Positions 37,813-49,842 of a DNA stretch of 64,000 bases are shown piece by piece. Position 1 is the first letter of the stretch. Every line of letters starts with the position of its first letter. The position numbers and the translations under genes were made by a program. Under the pieces are notes generated by a model, which saw nothing but the letters and a program-made list of their open reading frames with translations, did no database searches and was not told the origin of the DNA. The stretch is from assembly GCF_001194135.2 (NCBI RefSeq), contig NC_068982.1, positions 96,278,640 to 96,342,639 on the forward strand. The letters run 5' to 3'. The DNA is from Octopus bimaculoides (lineage: Eukaryota).

Positions 37813-37907
37813 TCTTTGCTGGGCTTTTCCCAATCCCACATCTTCTCAATCTTGTGTTCCTTATCAAATCTGCTATTGGTAACTGTTTTCTTCATATAAT
37901 ATGCAGC
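37813..37907 (-). CDS. Putative exon (AAYYMKKTVTNSRFDKEHKIEKMWDWEKPSK)
   Basis: Phase-0 start matches the 39922 exon; only open frame; donor weak (gttatt), or the frame ends at TGA near 37793. Confidence 0.4.
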
Positions 37908-39114
37908 CTAAATCAGCCAACTGCATCTTCATATATTATTACTGGGTTAGGGTTAGGGTAATAATATATATTACTTAGTAATAGTATAGTACTTAAATGA
38001 AGCACTGCTAAGCTTTGTTTCACCTATAGTAGGGATTTGGTAAAATTCGAGGCAGATTGAGTTTGAGTAAAATGGTTAGCTTCTTTCTCTTGTTTGTTTA
38101 CTTTTATCTAGTTGTTGTATCTGATACAGGAATAGATTTTGTATTATATCTCAAGGAACATGTAATGTGAATATGTATTTATTGAGTTTTTAAGTTGATT
38201 GCGATAAGTAAGGACATCAAATATATAATGGTGAAGGAGAGAGTGTGTACTTCAGACGGTTGGGCTTCTCAGATAAGATGATGCAGGATAAAGATGTTAC
38301 ATCACAGGTTTGGAAAACAAAAATGAGAAAAAAACAAGCATTAATTGGGGATTATTATGATGATGATTACTATCAGCAGCATTATGATCATCATTTTAAC
38401 AATCATCTTCATCTTAATCATGTTTCCTAAATTTTTCCACGAATATATTACATTGTTTTCTTTTGTCATTTATTATGCTTATTTTTTTATAATCTATTGT
38501 CAATATGCCTTTCCCATAGTGTTTGTTTTTGGGAATATCTATTCCCTTATACCTCCTATTGTCCTCTCCTCATCTGGCAATAAGATCTAATACCAAAACC
38601 TCTTTCACTTTATATGTATAGCTATGTTGGTGCTGTTGGAAAAACAAATACAACCAGCTTTCTGTTATTGATTTAGTGCCTATATAATAGACATGAACAC
38701 TCTCTCAATCCCTCACAGCCATGACCCAGTGGAATATTCAAGATGTAACAGCTGGAGGGATACAAGGCTGCACATGGACTAGGTTGGTACTCATTATAGC
38801 AGGGTAGACTGGAAATGAAGTGCCTTGCTCAAAGACTCAATGTGTTACCTGATTCATGAATTAAACTACTGATCTTATGGGATATTTGGTGTTGTTTATT
38901 TAGTCCAAAGTCAATACTGTCCCAACTAAGCAAGGATTAAAGGTCTTCCACAGGTGACCATGCCATTGCTTCTAAAACTACATTACCCACTGTCTATTTT
39001 TGTGTGTGGAAGGATACTTTAATCACCTTGACGCAATGCTAATTTTTTTTAAGAGAAACAATAATGCGGATTAGGTTAACACCAATATATTACTGCTTAA
39101 TTATTTTATTGATC

Positions 39115-39503
39115 GTGGAGGCGCAATGGCCCAGTGGTTAGGGCAGCAGACTCGCTGTCATAGGATCGCAGTTTCGATTCCCAGACCTGGCGTTGTAAGT
39201 GTTTATTGAGCGAAAACACCTAAAGCTCCACGAGGCTCCAGCAGGGGATGGTGGCGAACCCTGCTGTACTCTTCCACCACAACTTTCTCTCACTCTTTCT
39301 TCCTGTTTCTGTTGTGCCTGTATTTCAAAAGGTCAGCCTTGTCACACTGTGCCACGCTGAATATCCCCGAGAACTACGTTAAGGGTACACGTGTCTGTGG
39401 AGTGCTCAGCCACTTGCACGTTAATTTCACGAGCAAACTGTTCTGTTGATCGGATCAACTGGAACCCTCGATGTCGTAAGCGGTGGAGTGCCAACAACAA
39501 CAA
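39115..39503 (+). mobile_element. Family-2 SINE, full length, ~11-bp TSD
   Basis: tRNA-like head, (CAA)n tail, flanks ttttattgatc / ttttactgatc. Confidence 0.88.
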
Positions 39504-39921
39504 TTTTACTGATCACAGAAGGCCGAAGGATTATATTGACTTAATTCTAGTAAAATATCTATTTTAGTGTTCCTCTGTTATAGCTCATCTCCCTTAGATA
39601 ATATAAAGTTTGAAATACTTTTTGACTAAAAGTTTTTTTTTGCACAGTTCCAGTTACTACATGTATTCTATTTTTGAAAATCTCTGTTCTGTTTCAATAT
39701 TTAAATGTGTGGGTTGGCAAAAGAGTGTACTTGTAAGAAGGTATAGTTGTAAAGAATGTACATGTAAGAAGATCTAGCTAGTTGGTTGAGCATTCCCCAA
39801 ACCCTGAAATGAATTTTTTTTTATGCAAGGCCACACATTTTGGAGGAAGAAGTACCAACTGTTGAATTGATCCCTGTACTTCACTAGTACTTATATTGTC
39901 CTCAGTAGGGCTTGAACTCAC

Positions 39922-40007
39922 TCTATAATTAGATATAACTGAATACAGTTTGGCTTTTATTATATCTGTTGTTCTAGAGATTCTGCTATCCATTGTTCTT
40001 GTCTTGG
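39922..40007 (-). CDS. Coding exon, unidentified host gene (KTRTMDSRISRTTDIIKAKLYSVISNYR)
   Basis: ttatattatttacag| acceptor, aga|gtgagt donor, 86 nt, single open frame, phase 1-0. Confidence 0.6.
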
Positions 40008-40230
40008 CTGTAAATAATATAATTAGTAAGAGTAGTGTCTGATCAGTATGGTGCCTGACTTGTATTAAATTTCATACCATTTTGTTCCCTTTTCAGTTCC
40101 TGTCAGGGGTGACTTTACTTATCCTTTTCCATAAGTTGATAAATAAGTATCAGTGAAGTACTTAGATCAGTCTGATAGTTGTTCTGCTTCCTTCAAATTG
40201 GTAGACTTTTTACCTCTGTTAGAAATATCA

Positions 40231-40448
40231 TTAACTCTTTAGCATTTAAACTAGCCATATCTGGCCCAAAATTTTCTTCCAAACTGGGTAGATCTGGCCT
40301 TTCGCACCTACCTAACAATGTCATTGTAAAGATAAGCTATCACATCATTGAAATCTCAAAGTTACAAGTTAATGTGTGATTAATTCCAAACAATGCAAAT
40401 AAGCAAGCATTAGTATTTGATAGAGTAATCTGAATGCTAAAGGGTTAA
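40231..40448. mobile_element. piggyBac-type MITE
   Basis: TTAA-ctctttagcatt ... aatgctaaaggg-TTAA termini; partial second copy at 34560-34710. Confidence 0.75.
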
Positions 40449-40928
40449 TGATACAGATCCATATCCTACTGTGTCACTTCAACGTTTTTTCCTTACAGAA
40501 TCAGTTTTTTTTTTTATATTTCATAGTTTTAAGTTTAAACCTCTCAGGTATTAAATCCTTGTATTTTTTTCTCTAAAATTTGATGGTTAAAATACGAACC
40601 AATTAACAAACAGTTATTAAGTTATCTAGTTGATTGAGTAATTACAGGACTAGCCTACCACTTAAAAAGATTAACTGTTCTCTTCCTGTAATTAGTGAAG
40701 GCCATTAACTCTTAAAAATACCCATCAGTTTTCAAGTGAGAAAAACATTGGTAAACACCATTTGGGATGAACTTGGAAACAGGAGGCATCAAAACTGAGG
40801 ACATAAAGAATCTCATGAAGGCCTGTCGTAAATGCCATCTTCATAACTTTTAACAATGCTACAAATATTAACTAATGTTATTAAATAACATTGTTCTCTT
40901 ATTCATAATGGTTGTTAATGTTGTTAAC

Positions 40929-41300
40929 GTGGAAGCGCAATGGCCCAGTGGTTAGGGCAGCGGACTCGCGGTCATATGATCGCGGTTTCGATTCCCAGAC
41001 CGGGCGTTGTGAGTGTTTATTGAGCGAAAACACCTAAAGCTCCACGAGGCTCCAGCAGGGGATGGTGGCGAACCCTGATGTACTCTTCCACCACAACTTT
41101 CTCTCACCCTCACTCTTACTTCCTGTTTCTGTTGTACCTGTAATTCAAAGGGTCAACCTTGTCACACTGTGTCACGCTGAATACCCCTGAGAACTACGTT
41201 AAGGGTACACGTGTCTGTGGAGTGCTCAGCCACTTGCACGTTAATTTCACGAGCAGGCTGTTCTGTTGATCAGATCAACTGGAACCCTCGACGGAATGCC
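40929..41300 (+). mobile_element. Family-2 SINE
   Basis: Near-identical to 39115-39503. Confidence 0.88.
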
Positions 41301-41410
41301 ATGTTAATGTTTGTACACCTTAGCTGACTTTCATTATGTATGTGAATGTGTGTGCTAGTATAAATGCATGTTAGTGTTTCTATGGTTATAGGTATGAATT
41401 TATGTATATA

Positions 41411-42270
41411 CAGGGTGCGATGGGTAAATTGTCACCATTTTCTAGTTTTAATTTTATGTATGTGCATTATTTGTTTTTGATTTTGTCGACTACACAGCGT
41501 AGTAGGGTCAGTTGGGCACCATCTGTCAAAAAACAACACCATGATGCAATTCACTCTGCTGGAAATTTGGAAACAACATGCTATACTGCTTGGCATTCGC
41601 GCCAGAAGCTCCAATACGAACCGATGGTGAACACACAGAACAACTGTTGGTTTGCCATGTCCCCAAAACATGTACTGAGAGTGATAAAAATCAAAAACCT
41701 GTCAACATCATGGTGTTTGGAATAATCACTAGTGATAGCAACATTATGCCTCCATTCATCTTCCCACATGGCTTCAGACTCAACATGGAGGCCTACATCA
41801 AGTGCCTGGAGGAGGTATATGCTGCCCTGGGTCAAAAGGTTGGCTGCTGGAAGACCTTATGTCTGGCAATAGGACCCTGCACCACGCCACTCAAGCAGAA
41901 GAACCCAGTCATGGCTGTCAGACAATTTCTGCAACCATATCACCCCTAAATTCTGGCCACATAACTCCCCATACTGCAACCCCCTTCATTATTATGTGTA
42001 GGGTGCAGTTGAATGAGAGACCAGCAAAACCCTTTATAACACCAAAGATGAACTGAAGGCAGAGTTTATAGCAGCATTCACCAACTTAAACAAGGAGACT
42101 GTCCAGAAGAGTTGCAAGAGATTCTGAAGTCAATGGCTATTTTATTGAATAAATTTACTTCTTAGTATTTCAAGATATTTTTATGCAATTTTGGTAAATA
42201 TATCTGTAAAATGAAATGTCAGTGTTATTTTCATTTTTGTGTAATTTGTACAATATATTCACGGAAACAT
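41411..42270 (+). mobile_element. Degenerate DD37D (maT-type) transposon
   Basis: TA-cagggtgcgatgggtaaattgtc start; MVFGIITSD..IMPPFIFPHG; D-PAPRH...WPHNSPYCNPL-H with 37 residues between the catalytic positions. Confidence 0.75.
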
Positions 42271-42809
42271 GTATGTGTGTGTGTGTGTGTATATATATAA
42301 GCAAACTAAGACAAGATAGAAAATGCTAAAATAATTTTATCATGAAGAACATTTTAGTACTGGTTTCAGTCTTTTGCAGCAATTTTTGCAACCACATCAC
42401 TTAGAGTAAAGCATGAAAAACAATTAAATTGTGGAAAAATTAAATGAAATGTTTTTTTTAAATATTTCTATAGTTTTCAATTGCTTAAACTAATCTAAAC
42501 CAAGAACTCATATCAAATATTAGGACTACTACTACTACCAAGATCTCAAATGAGTGAAAAAGAGAGACAGAGACAGACAGAAAAAAGGAAAATGTCCCTT
42601 GCATTTGAAAACTATATAGAAATATTTAGAAAAAACATTTCATTTAATTTTTCCTCAATTTAATTGTTTTTCATGCTTTACTCTAAGTTGAAAAAGTCAC
42701 AAAGACTGAAACCGGTACTAAAATGTTCTTCATGATAAAATTATTTTAGCATTTTCTACCTTGTCTTATTTTGCTTACACATATCAACTTGTGTGTTCCT
42801 TTTCAACCT

Positions 42810-42872
<63 letters not shown>

Positions 42873-43001
42873 CTGTTTTTACTCAGACACACATACAACA
42901 CCAGTTTTGTAGACTTGGATTGGAGGTGATAGGGTGGAATGTGGTGTTACCAAAGGAAATTGTAGAAAAGCTTTAGCAGCGTTGTTGAAGGAATAAGTTA
43001 C

Positions 43002-43130
43002 TCTTTTCCTCAGTTTCTTTTCTAAGGTGACTAGCTGTGATCACAGGTGAAGTCAGTTGCTGAAAATATACATGGCATAATTCTGTATTATAGCATACTC
43101 TTCTCTGGCTTAGATCTTTATGATAACCAG
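43002..43130 (-). CDS. Coding exon (GYHKDLSQRRVCYNTELCHVYFQQLTSPVITASHLRKETEEK)
   Basis: ctgttttatcag| acceptor, |gtaact donor, 129 nt, only open frame, phase 1-1, joins in frame to 40007. Confidence 0.55.
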
Positions 43131-43226
43131 CTGATAAAACAGTGAGCCAGGCTGGGATTAGTATATAGGTATGTCTGTGTGTATGCATGTAACTGTGCAT
43201 TATAATATATATATGCTTGTGTTGTG

Positions 43227-43263
<37 letters not shown>

Positions 43264-43740
43264 CTTTACACACTTGTGTGTGTATGTATACATGTGTATG
43301 TACATGTGTGTTTATATGTATATATGTGTATCTATATACATGTGTGTGTGTATATATATATAATGCAAGTAAGTAACAAGGATGTCCAGGTATCAATGCA
43401 TCATGGGCGTTTCAAGCGGTTCCATTTAATTGGTCAATGAAAACAACATCAATTTGAAAGAAACCACTCTCCTCAGAAGTAGATGACCATCTAGATTTCC
43501 AACATAAAGGATAAACCATTTTTAGCAAACTTATATCAGTACAAGAAAGCAAACTAATTACATTGCTTCCTTATGTTATATTTGTGGCAGAATGGATTTA
43601 GAGAATAATTGCATTATTCTCCAAATATCATTATTCATGATTTTCCATATAAGGTATTTAAAATGCAAAATTATATATTTATATGTTTTGTAATTTGAAT
43701 TTTGTTTGTGAAATGAAACAATTGTAGGTGAATATTCTAA

Positions 43741-43779
<39 letters not shown>

Positions 43780-43792
43780 GTATATATGTATA

Positions 43793-43898
<106 letters not shown>

Positions 43899-44033
43899 CA
43901 TACATGTTTTGTTGTCCTTTTTTTGTGTCACCTGTCAGGATGTTTTGCGTTCTTGTCCCATTTTGTATTTTTTTATATATATATAGCAGCGTATGTACAC
44001 TTTGGTCTCTTATATGTAAGTATATATATATAA

Positions 44034-44064
<31 letters not shown>

Positions 44065-44132
44065 TCTTTTGTTTCATCTTTTAACTGTTTTAGTCATTAG
44101 ACTGCTGCCATGCTGGAGCAATATAATATATA

Positions 44133-44170
<38 letters not shown>

Positions 44171-44963
44171 NNNNNNNNNNNNNNNNNNNNNNNNNNNNNN
44201 NNNNNNNNNNNNNNNNNNNNNNNNNNNNNNNNNNNNNNNNNNNNNNNNNNNNNNNNNNNNNNNNNNNNNNNNNNNNNNNNNNNNNNNNNNNNNNNNNNNN
44301 NNNNNNNNNNNNNNNNNNNNNNNNNNNNNNNNNNNNNNNNNNNNNNNNNNNNNNNNNNNNNNNNNNNNNNNNNNNNNNNNNNNNNNNNNNNNNNNNNNNN
44401 NNNNNNNNNNNNNNNNNNNNNNNNNNNNNNNNNNNNNNNNNNNNNNNNNNNNNNNNNNNNNNNNNNNNNNNNNNNNNNNNNNNNNNNNNNNNNNNNNNNN
44501 NNNNNNNNNNNNNNNNNNNNNNNNNNNNNNNNNNNNNNNNNNNNNNNNNNNNNNNNNNNNNNNNNNNNNNNNNNNNNNNNNNNNNNNNNNNNNNNNNNNN
44601 NNNNNNNNNNNNNNNNNNNNNNNNNNNNNNNNNNNNNNNNNNNNNNNNNNNNNNNNNNNNNNNNNNNNNNNNNNNNNNNNNNNNNNNNNNNNNNNNNNNN
44701 NNNNNNNNNNNNNNNNNNNNNNNNNNNNNNNNNNNNNNNNNNNNNNNNNNNNNNNNNNNNNNNNNNNNNNNNNNNNNNNNNNNNNNNNNNNNNNNNNNNN
44801 NNNNNNNNNNNNNNNNNNNNNNNNNNNNNNNNNNNNNNNNNNNNNNNNNNNNNNNNNNNNNNNNNNNNNNNNNNNNNNNNNNNNNNNNNNNNNNNNNNNN
44901 NNNNNNNNNNNNNNNNNNNNNNNNNNNNNNNNNNNNNNNNNNNNNNNNNNNNNTATATATATA

Positions 44964-45192
44964 CTTTGTTTAAAAGCAGCAGAAATATAACAAAAGACTG
45001 TTACTCTGAGTTTCACATTCCCGTTCATCGGACAGTTTTGTTAGAAAACTGTCCGATGAACGGGAACAGGAAACTCAGAGTAACAGTCTTTTGTTATATT
45101 TCTGCTGCTTTTAAATAAAGCATATTACTCTACTTCTGGTATTTGAGTACTCTTTTTTCCACCTTGTTGCACATTTCATGTGCTTACTCCGG
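44964..45192 (+). mobile_element. Penelope-LTR-like element: inverted partial LTR plus LTR, each with a hammerhead motif
   Basis: 76-bp arms 44964-45039 / 45045-45120 around a 5-nt spacer; AATAAA at 45114; tail shared with 15700-15775. Confidence 0.7.
44997..45036 (-). ncRNA. Minimal type I hammerhead ribozyme motif
   Basis: ACTGT CCGATGA acg-GGAA-tgt GAA ACTC-A-GAGT A ACAGT: 5-bp stem I, GNRA-capped stem II, quasi-palindromic stem III, GUA cleavage triplet, U4C core variant. Confidence 0.65.
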
Positions 45193-45398
45193 TATATGTG
45201 TGTGTATGTATGAACTCTCCTTTTTAATGATACAATATTCACAGCTAGAAAGTTTGGTCAGGTGAGAGTTGTCTTTATGAAGGTTACATTATGGTACATG
45301 TGATAGATTATCACTTTTAAACTAGCCACTTGCCTCTTGCTCCAATACCTCAGACAGCTGTAATTTAACTTTAGTAATTGCCATCCTTAAAGACTTAC

Positions 45399-45468
45399 AC
45401 AATTAGCACAGATCATGTAATCCCATGTATTTATTTCCAAGCAAATGTGAGATTTTCTATGTGATAAC
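45399..45468 (-). CDS. Coding exon (LSHRKSHICLEINTWDYMICANC)
   Basis: ctattctgagcag| acceptor, tgt|gtaagt donor, 70 nt, phase 2-0, 111-nt intron to the upstream exon. Confidence 0.5.
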
Positions 45469-45579
45469 CTGCTCAGAATAGGAGCCAAATCTCCCTTTAG
45501 TATAAAGGTAAGGGCACGTATATAATGTCATAGATACACTCTTTTTAAAAAAAGCAAACTTGTTCATTGTTGATCATAC

Positions 45580-45726
45580 ATCTGTTCAATCAGAGCTGAT
45601 CTATCATCATTTCCAATCAAATATTTTTCAGAATTGAATGCAACACTAATTAGGTCATAATCGTGGTCTTCATTTTGATCTTCCAGCTTGTTCATAGCCA
45701 TTATGAAAGTATATTTTAATTTGGTA
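45580..45726 (-). CDS. Coding exon (TKLKYTFIMAMNKLEDQNEDHDYDLISVAFNSEKYLIGNDDRSALIEQ)
   Basis: 147 nt open, coding-like composition, |gtatga donor, phase 2-2; acceptor could be up to ~30 nt further upstream. Confidence 0.6.
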
Positions 45727-45799
45727 CTAACAATCATGCTTATTGTCTTACTGCAACCTGCCCATAATCATCATATTTGGCTCCAGCACAGATTGTGTA

Positions 45800-46322
45800 A
45801 GCTGTTTTAATGGGGATATCCTGTGATTACATCATTATTCATGTTTTAACAGGGGATATAATGCACTGGTTTAGTGAGGGTATGCACACTGGCCATGCCA
45901 CCTATTCTGATGGGAGTTATGTGTTGTAATTACAGCCTGTTTTAATGGGTGATATGTCAGGTTTTTATGAAAGATACATGCTGTGCTTATGTCATCTGTT
46001 TTCATGGGAGATTTGTAGTGTTTATGTCATGTTTTAATAGCAGATATGCATTGTAGTTTTGCCATGTTTTAATGGGAGATGTGTCATAGTTGTATCATCT
46101 GTTTTAATGAAAGATAGATATTGTGCTTGGGGCATATGTTTTCATGGGAGATTTGTGCTGTGGTTGTGTCTTGTTTTAATAGGGGATATGTGTTATAGTT
46201 GCGTCCTGTTTGAAAGGGAGATGTGTGATATAGTCGTAGCATCTGTTTAAATGAAAATATTTGCAATGGTCATAGAGTATATATTTAATTGGAAATGTAT
46301 GCTGTAAATCAGTCTGTTTTAA
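45800..46322. repeat. Degenerate ~35-37-bp minisatellite
   Basis: About 13 units with core tgttttaatgggagat(a/g)tgtg. Confidence 0.8.
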
Positions 46323-46448
46323 ACATTACTAACATTTGTAGATTTTAGAATTTTAATGTTAATTATTCCTTTTTACATCCCCTGAGTACCTTAGGTACTA
46401 TCCCCTATCTACATAAATATTTTCTCAGGAGAGAAGCAAATGACTTAC

Positions 46449-46546
46449 ATCTGAACAGCACTTGTAATGAAAATGCAGCAAATTAGTTGGAGGTTAAGGT
46501 TTAATGACTCTTCAGAGATTTCAGTGAAGAATATAAAAAATAAAAC
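46449..46546 (-). CDS. Putative exon (VLFFIFFTEISEESLNLNLQLICCIFITSAVQ)
   Basis: ttttttttattctatctttttaatattag| acceptor, at|gtaagt donor, phase 0-2. Confidence 0.4.
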
Positions 46547-46852
46547 CTAATATTAAAAAGATAGAATAAAAAAAAATTAGAAAAATATCTTTTGAGAAGA
46601 TTCTCACATTAGATATGTTTAGATGTGTTATGTTTCTGTAATGGCTTCTATCTCGTGACTTCAGTCTTTAATCTGTTGAGAACTTAAAAAAAATTTTTTT
46701 TATAGAACCATTATATGTCTGAATAAAGTGATATGAAAAAGGAAGATTTGATCCACTAATCTTCTGTTTGTCATTTTTGTTGCTTTAGGGACCCCAGTCA
46801 GCAGTTAGTGAAGTGAATTATGGTAGCAAATTAGAAATTCAAACCTACTTAC

Positions 46853-46902
46853 TATAATAAAATTTTCAAGATAAATTTGTATGTTGTAAGAAGAGGTGAG
46901 TT
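46853..46902 (-). CDS. Putative exon (ELTSSYNIQIYLENFII)
   Basis: tgtcttgcctcaatcttcag| acceptor, |gtaagt donor, 50 nt, phase 1-0. Confidence 0.4.
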
Positions 46903-47599
46903 CTGAAGATTGAGGCAAGACATTTTTATTTTTTCACAGGATGAAAGTGAATATGTAGTGGAATAGCAAATGACTAAAGATTACAGGGACGGGAGAGAAG
47001 CTGAAGAGTGAAATAGTAAAATCTTAGAAAGAAATAAAAGGAGAGAAAGAGAGAGGGGGGAATAACATGGAGAGTGCTGAAATGAGAGAGCCATTTCTTC
47101 AAAGAAGAGCCCTTCCTGAAATACTAGGATCACTTATCCTCATGGGACTTATATTTATCTTAGTTTATAAGTTTTTTTGTTTTTTTTAATCTCAATGCAG
47201 ACCATAACCAGTTTCTTTGGATTCTTTTGTTTTTCCTTGTTTCTTCCTCAGTATAGCAGACAGGATCTGTTTTGACTTTTCATTATAATTAATTTTATTG
47301 AAGAATTATAATTTGTAACCTAGCTCCAATTTAAATTATTTATGTAACAAAATTTAATATATTGTATAAATTATTTCATGTTTAATCTACTGTAATTTAT
47401 TACAATGTATATATTTTATTAGTTTATATGATGTATTACAGTGTATTTTCATTATTTTATTGATTACAAAGGGATAAAAAGTCAAATTCAATGAGGATCC
47501 TCTTTGTGGTCACTTGATCTGATGGAAATAGCTGCACAATCTTCACCCTACCATCATAAAAAGAAAGCCATTGAGATAATACAATCTTAAATACATATA

Positions 47600-48010
47600 A
47601 CCACACATATACATGTGATTAAGAAGCTCACTTTGCAACTACATGGTTTTGGGTTCAGTCCCACTGTGTGGAACCTTGGTCACTTAGGCAAGTTTCTTGT
47701 ACAATAGCCCTAAGCTGGCCAATACCTTGTAAGTGAATTTTGTAAATGAAAACTTCATGGAAGCTTGCTCCCCCCCTCTCTCTCTTGTGTGTTTGTCTTT
47801 GTATTTGTTTTCCTCCCACACTTGATGACTGGTGTTGGTTTGTTTGTGTCTCTGTAACTTAATGGTTCAGCGGAAGAGACCTATAGAATAAGTAGCAGAC
47901 TTTAAAAAGAATCTAGGTACTGGGTTTATTTGTTCAACTAAACCCTTCAAAGCTGTGCCTGAGCATGGCTGCAGTCCAATGACTGAAACAAGTAAAAGAT
48001 AAAAGATATC
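47600..48010 (+). mobile_element. Family-1 SINE (diverged)
   Basis: gggttcagtcccactgtgtgg core and gactgaaacaagtaaaagataaaag tail. Confidence 0.7.
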
Positions 48011-48155
48011 TAAAAACAAAAAAAAAGAGCAAAAGCTGGTATGATCATGGTTGGAATGTCTTTTGACTATAGGCTCTTATAAACTAGAGTTGACCTGGGG
48101 GCTAAGCAGCAACAAGCCGAATCCAAGTAAAACTATAGCAAGTACAGATTGCTAC

Positions 48156-48213
48156 CCAGCTCATCTTTTGTAATGCCATCCACCCAAGATCCTGAGCCAT
48201 CATCCTGTTTCCT
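48156..48213 (-). CDS. Putative exon (RKQDDGSGSWVDGITKDEL)
   Basis: tttctttacatcccactaaccag| acceptor, |gtagca donor, 58 nt, phase 0-1, compatible with 46902. Confidence 0.35.
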
Positions 48214-48825
48214 CTGGTTAGTGGGATGTAAAGAAAATAGTTAAATCTATTAAACTGCAGCTTAGAATGAAATTTATATGTTCCCGGATGTTAAGATTGA
48301 TGACATTTATTTATTTCAGAAAGCATTTGACATATTGTATATGATATTTCCTCTTGTTGGAATAATTTCTGAAAATATATTTTGAAAGTGAAATGGAGTA
48401 AAGCAATTACTTGTTTGTTTGTTTTTTGTTATTTTTTTTAGTATATAAACTTGTGGTTATTTATTTGTTTAATGCTTTTTTTTTATTAAATAATTAATGT
48501 TATTTTGTACCATTTTTATTATTCACTGTGTTATATCATCTGAGAGAGAACAACATAGAAAGATTGTAGACCAGATTGAAAAGTTGATGGTATCTACTTT
48601 ATTGTCTTGTAATTCTTAGTTTGCTTCCCCACAAAAAGGGGCCAGTCTCATAGATTGGCTTTCCCTTTCAGCCCCCTAAGTATTTTAGCTCTCAAAGCTT
48701 TGTGGAGAAGTACTAATTCCCTACAAAGCTTCTGTGAAGCTTGCAATGGGATGCTACTCTTACATCTAAGAAAATGCTGCTGCTGCTACTACTACTACTA
48801 CTACTATTACACATGGCTATTTAGA

Positions 48826-48900
48826 CAAGTGGTCCCCAACATTTTTTTGCACCATGGACTGGTTTGATGCAAGACAATTTTTCCATGAGCTAGGGTATCA
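48826..48900 (+). mobile_element. hAT-Charlie-like left terminus
   Basis: agtggtccccaacatttttttgcaccatggactggtttgatgcaagacaatttttccatg after an atttagac target-like 8-mer. Confidence 0.55.
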
Positions 48901-49323
48901 TGCACATAACAAAATGCAATAAACTGCATAATATATGTAATGGTATGTAATACTGTACACTTTGATTAATAAATAAATATATATATATATATATATATAC
49001 GCATTTATATATGCATCTATGTGTGTGTCTTTGTGCCTGTGTTTGTCCCCTCCCACTACTTAACATCCAGTGTTGGTTTGTTTGCAGCCCTGTTACTTAG
49101 TTCAGTAAAAGAGATCAATAAATTGAATACCAAACTTAAAATTAAAAATAAGTACTAAGGTAGATCTGTTCGACTAAAATCCTTCAAGGATGGCTGCAGT
49201 CCAACAACTGAAACAAATAAAAAAATAAAAGGTAAAAAAATTGTGACATGCTGATGAATGGGCATGTATGAAGATAATTTGTAGGATTAATGCATTTAAT
49301 ACAAACACTATAAAGATGCTTGT

Positions 49324-49842
49324 CATCATCATCATCGTTGTTTAATGTCCGCTTTCCATGCTAGCATGGGTTGGACAATTTGACTGAGGACTGGTGGACC
49401 AAGAGGCGACACCAGGCTCCAGTCTGATTTAGCAGAGTTTCTACAGCTGGATGCCCTTCCTAATGCCAACCACTCTGAGAGTGTAGTGGGTGCTTTTGCG
49501 TGCCACCGGCACGAGGGTCAGTCAGGTGGGTACTGGTGACGGCCACGCTCGAAATGGTGTATTTTACGTGCCACCTGCGCAGGNNNNNNNNNNCTCGCGT
49601 GAATGTCTTACTGGCAACGGCCACGCTCGAAATGGTGCATTTTATGTGTCACCTGCACAGGAGCCAGTCCATTGGCACTGGCAACGATCTCGCGCGAATG
49701 TCTTTTCACGTGCCAGGGAGGTGACGTCGGTAACGATCAACGGCCACGCTCGAAATGGTGTATTTTACGTGTCACCTGCACAGGGGCCAGTCCATCGGCA
49801 CTGGCAACGATCTCGCTCGGATGTCTTTTCACGTGCCGAATA
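49324..49842 (-). mobile_element. RTE-type tail element with internal ~60-120-bp tandem units
   Basis: Three copies of cggccacgctcgaaatggtg.atttta.gtg.cacctgc.cagg; (ATC)n tail at 49324. Confidence 0.75.

Noticed and set aside
37944-37959. TTAGGG telomeric repeat
   Set aside because: Only about 2.5 units; expected by chance and not an interstitial telomere.
39115-39200. tRNA-gene-like sequences with A and B boxes (also 40929, 1610-1680 and family-1 heads)
   Set aside because: They continue into SINE bodies and tails in multiple copies and lack a complete cloverleaf.
40190-40330. Apparent minus-strand exon GRCERPDLPSLEENFGPDMASLNAKELMIFLTE
   Set aside because: Lies within a TTAA-flanked piggyBac MITE with a second copy at 34.6 kb.
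45800-46322. CRISPR-like repeat-spacer appearance
   Set aside because: Eukaryotic context, degenerate repeats, related spacers, no cas genes.
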